A DNA stretch of 36,463 nucleotides from a virus (taxonomy: Duplodnaviria; Caudoviricetes), in the IMG/VR virus record IMGVR_UViG_3300012347_000602, positions 1-36,463 of that record, one strand, 5' to 3'. Under the pieces are notes generated by a model. It searched no databases and had not been told where the DNA came from. It was given only the letters and a program-made list of their open reading frames with translations. Position numbers and translations under genes: made by a program. Below are positions 33,552-36,463 of the stretch, piece after piece; position 1 is the first letter of the stretch, and each line of letters starts with the position of its first letter.

Positions 33552-36262
33552 AAACGCACCACAAAACCAGCATCATCCTGGGGCTCTCACTCGCCCTAAC
33601 CGCCACGCTTTCCGCACAACAGAAAGTCAGCGAACGGACCTCACTCGCCGCCGCCGCGCTCGCCCCGGCCACCGACATCCTACCCATCGTGGACATCTCC
33701 GCCGGACTCTCCGGATCCAAGAAAATCACCATCGATGACCTGTTCACAGGATGGGGGATGACCGCCTCCGGCAAGACGCTCGTCACCCAGGCCAGCGCCG
33801 CCGCCCAACGCTCCGTGCTCGGCCTCGGCACGGCCGCCACGGCCGCCAGCTCATCCTTCGAGCCAGCACTCGGAAACCCCGGCACGAACGGCCATGTGCT
33901 CAGCTCGACCACCGCTGGAGTGCGCTCATGGATCGCCCCGGGAGCGGGCGGCGGCGACCTGGCGTCCCAAGCAGAGGCTGAAGCGGGCACCGAAAACACC
34001 AAGACCATGACCCCGCTGCGGACCGCGCAAGCCATCACCGCGCTGGGCGTGGATAACGGCTCGGATCAAACGATATCCGGCCAGAAAACCTGGACCGACG
34101 AGGCGACTTACGAGGCGGGCGTGATCGCCAATTCCGTCGCTGCGGACAACGTCACGGCAGGATCATTCCAGGTCACCGGGAACACCACCCTTACCGGGAA
34201 TCTCGACATCTACGGAGCGACCACCTTCAACCTCGCGTCCTCCGCCACCGGCGACCTTTACTACCGCGCCTCCGGCGGCGAGATCGCCAGGCTCGGAATC
34301 GGCGGACCGGACCAATACCTCGGAGTCGCTTCCGGCCTCCCGTCCTGGGTGACACCTCCCGCCACCGGCGATCTGGCGTCCCAAGCAGAGGCGGAGGCGG
34401 GCACCGAAAACACCAAGACCATGACCCCGCTGCGGACCGCGCAAGCCATCGCGGAGTTGGCGGTGGGAGAAGTCACCCTGGCCGGTGCCGAGACGTTGAC
34501 AAACAAGACCCTCAGCGACCCTAAAATAACGCTATCCGGTGGCGCAGGGGATCAGCCCGGGGACATGTATTACAATGACGGGACCGGGACGCTCATGCGT
34601 CTGCGACTTGGGGACGATGGGGATACCCTGATCGCTGACGCGTTCACCGGGAAGCCCGTTTGGGGAGTTTCCGGAAGGTATCTGCAACCCGCAAACAATC
34701 TGGCCGATTTGGTGGATTTCGCAGCAGCAAGAAGCAACCTCGGGCTCGGGCTCGCAGCTACAGCGAACACGGGTGGGCTCGATGGCGAGCTGCCCTTCTG
34801 GGACAGCACACTCGCGCCAGCCGCGCACTGGGTGGGCAGCGACGGCACCGGAGAGGTCATCCTGGGCGATTTCGAGGACTTGCCCGCCGCCATGGGCTTG
34901 GGGACGGCCGCGGAATTAAACACCGGAGATATTTTAGCCCGCGTGAACAACCTCAATGACCTCGCGAACGTGGGGACGGCGAGGACGAACTTGGGACTCG
35001 GAACGGCAGCAACGCAACCGAGCTCAGCGTTCGAGCCAGCCCTCGGCAACCCCGGAACCAATGGATACGTCCTGTCATCTACGACTGCGGGCGTTAGGTC
35101 GTGGGTTCCTGCGGGTGCCGGAACGGGCGACTTGCTTTCCACTAATAACTTGAGCGACTTGGCCAACGCTGGAACGGCGAGGTCGAATCTAGGACTCCAA
35201 GCACTCTCCACCGTCGTCCCCGGTACCAACGTTGCGACCGCCCTAGCAATCCCCGCAGACGCAACCGGAGGCATGTTCCGGCAGGGGCAGGAGCTATCCG
35301 CGACGACGGTGACGGCGAGCGGGGTGGTGAGCATCACTGATGCCACAGCGAGCACAACCCCATCAACAGGTGCTTTAGTTATCGGTGGTGGAGTTGGCAT
35401 AGGTGGGCAAATTACTGGAGCCGGGGCATTCTACACAACTAATACTGCTGGTGGTGGTAGATTCGGAACATCTTCAGTCTACATCTCGCCATTAGGATCA
35501 AGTGAGATGACGATAAACGGAAATTTTCGGCCATCTACTACCAACACCCGATCACTAGGACTAACGGGATCACGATGGTCAACCGTGTTTGGAGTTAATG
35601 GAGATTTTTCAGGCACCCTCGCCGTCGGAAGCGGACACACCACTTCAGGCGTGAACTCGTTTGCGGCCGGGGGAAACAACACCGCTTCAGGCCTCCGGTC
35701 ATTTGTGACGGGCTCCAGCAACACCGCTTCAGGGTCCAACTCGTTTGTGACGGGTGCTGTCAACACTGCGAATTCCTACTGCGGAGTCGCCATCGGCACT
35801 CAGTCATCGACGCGTGGCGTAGGCTACGCATTCGTGCAAGCTGCCAGCGCACTCGCAACGGTTGGGGATGCGCAAGTCGGGCGTTACGTGTTCAGAGTGG
35901 AGACATCCACCGCCTCTCCCACCAAACTTACTACGGACACAACAGGCTCCTCCCAACAGGTCACGCTTCCTAATAATTCCACCTACTCATTCACGGGCCA
36001 AGTCTCGGCCCGCTCCTCCGGTGGCGATTCGGCGGCATGGCGCTTTACAGGCACCATCGAGCGCGGGGCCAACGCGGCCGCCACCGCCCTGATCGGCACT
36101 CCAACCATCACGGACACCAACGCCGAGGCCGGAGCGGCAGCGTGGACAATCTCCATCACCGCAGACACCACAAACGGAGCCATCTCCATCACCGCTACCG
36201 GAGCGGCAGCCACCAACATCCGCTGGGTAGCCCAAGTGGAAACCGCTGAAGTGGTCTATTGA
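33548..36262 (+). CDS. tail fibre/receptor-binding-like protein with internal repeats and an N-terminal signal-peptide-like segment
   Basis: NNLxDL...ARxNLGL three times, duplicated modules, YadA-head-like NTASG.NSF repeats; last late gene. Confidence 0.8.
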   Translation: MKTHHKTSIILGLSLALTATLSAQQKVSERTSLAAAALAPATDILPIVDISAGLSGSKKITIDDLFTGWGMTASGKTLVTQASAAAQRSVLGLGTAATAASSSFEPALGNPGTNGHVLSSTTAGVRSWIAPGAGGGDLASQAEAEAGTENTKTMTPLRTAQAITALGVDNGSDQTISGQKTWTDEATYEAGVIANSVAADNVTAGSFQVTGNTTLTGNLDIYGATTFNLASSATGDLYYRASGGEIARLGIGGPDQYLGVASGLPSWVTPPATGDLASQAEAEAGTENTKTMTPLRTAQAIAELAVGEVTLAGAETLTNKTLSDPKITLSGGAGDQPGDMYYNDGTGTLMRLRLGDDGDTLIADAFTGKPVWGVSGRYLQPANNLADLVDFAAARSNLGLGLAATANTGGLDGELPFWDSTLAPAAHWVGSDGTGEVILGDFEDLPAAMGLGTAAELNTGDILARVNNLNDLANVGTARTNLGLGTAATQPSSAFEPALGNPGTNGYVLSSTTAGVRSWVPAGAGTGDLLSTNNLSDLANAGTARSNLGLQALSTVVPGTNVATALAIPADATGGMFRQGQELSATTVTASGVVSITDATASTTPSTGALVIGGGVGIGGQITGAGAFYTTNTAGGGRFGTSSVYISPLGSSEMTINGNFRPSTTNTRSLGLTGSRWSTVFGVNGDFSGTLAVGSGHTTSGVNSFAAGGNNTASGLRSFVTGSSNTASGSNSFVTGAVNTANSYCGVAIGTQSSTRGVGYAFVQAASALATVGDAQVGRYVFRVETSTASPTKLTTDTTGSSQQVTLPNNSTYSFTGQVSARSSGGDSAAWRFTGTIERGANAAATALIGTPTITDTNAEAGAAAWTISITADTTNGAISITATGAAATNIRWVAQVETAEVVY

Positions 36263-36316
36263 TCCAGGCCAAAGCAGCAGCCCTGCAAGCCTCTTGCAAC
36301 ACCCCGGAAACCTCAC

Positions 36317-36364
36317 TTTTTCTCAAATAGGCGTCCATTTCTCTCAAATCGGTTGTCGCTTACA
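36317..36364 (-). repeat. right-end transposase sites and TG...CA terminus
   Basis: Reverse complement TGTAAGCGACAACCGATTTGAGAGAAATGGACGCCTATTTGAGAAAAA: two tandem ATTTGAGA sites 21 bp apart behind TGTA. Confidence 0.85.
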
Positions 36365-36463
36365 TGCGCGGTAGCGACCGGAGCATCATTGACAGGAATC
36401 ACGGTGATCGAAACGAGAGCGGGCACCGAGTCCGCGTCCCCGTCGTTCGCCTTGAAGGTGAAG
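36365..36463 (-). pseudogene. host Ig-like repeat (Big_9/tandem-95-type) surface protein gene interrupted by the prophage (fragment)
   Basis: The - strand reads FTFKANDGDADSVPALVSITVIPVNDAPVATA directly into the phage TGTA terminus. Confidence 0.8.

Larger units (their letters stand above)
17..36364. mobile_element. Mu-like transposable prophage, near complete, with divergent early (-) and late (+) arms
   Basis: DDE transposase + AAA ATPase + Gam together with Mu-type terminase, portal, protease, gp36 and MuF genes; inverted subterminal repeats; right end in CA followed by host coding sequence. Left boundary uncertain. Confidence 0.93.

Noticed and set aside
33953-34450. Diversity-generating retroelement TR/VR pair
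   Set aside because: Both copies are in frame mid-gene, differences are synonymous and not adenine-specific, and no reverse transcriptase is present

Overview
Almost the whole window (about 17-36364) is a near-complete Mu-like transposable prophage. The early/transposition operon runs leftward on the - strand (Dam-like MTase, GemA-like, Gam, DnaA domain IV-like, MuB, MuA, an acyl carrier protein, several HTH proteins). A divergent pair of ribbon-helix-helix regulators and two signal-peptide accessory genes follow. The late operon runs rightward (lysis, terminase, portal, protease/scaffold, capsid, MuF, siphovirus-type tail, fibre). The right terminus (...TACA at 36364) interrupts a host Ig-like repeat adhesin gene. 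The left end carries matching transposase-site repeats but no recognisable TG terminus or target duplication. A Verrucomicrobiota-like host is my inference only. Most interesting features: (1) a stand-alone phage ACP upstream of the transposase; (2) a portal with an inserted ParB/Srx-like domain bracketed by IxN(R/S) motifs that also recur through the protease/scaffold; (3) co-oriented heptamer-repeat mini-elements at gene junctions and in frame inside genes; (4) a tail fibre with a Sec-type signal peptide; (5) a MuF extension with an internal promoter-like site and nested ORF. All family calls come from motif recognition by eye; no searches were run.
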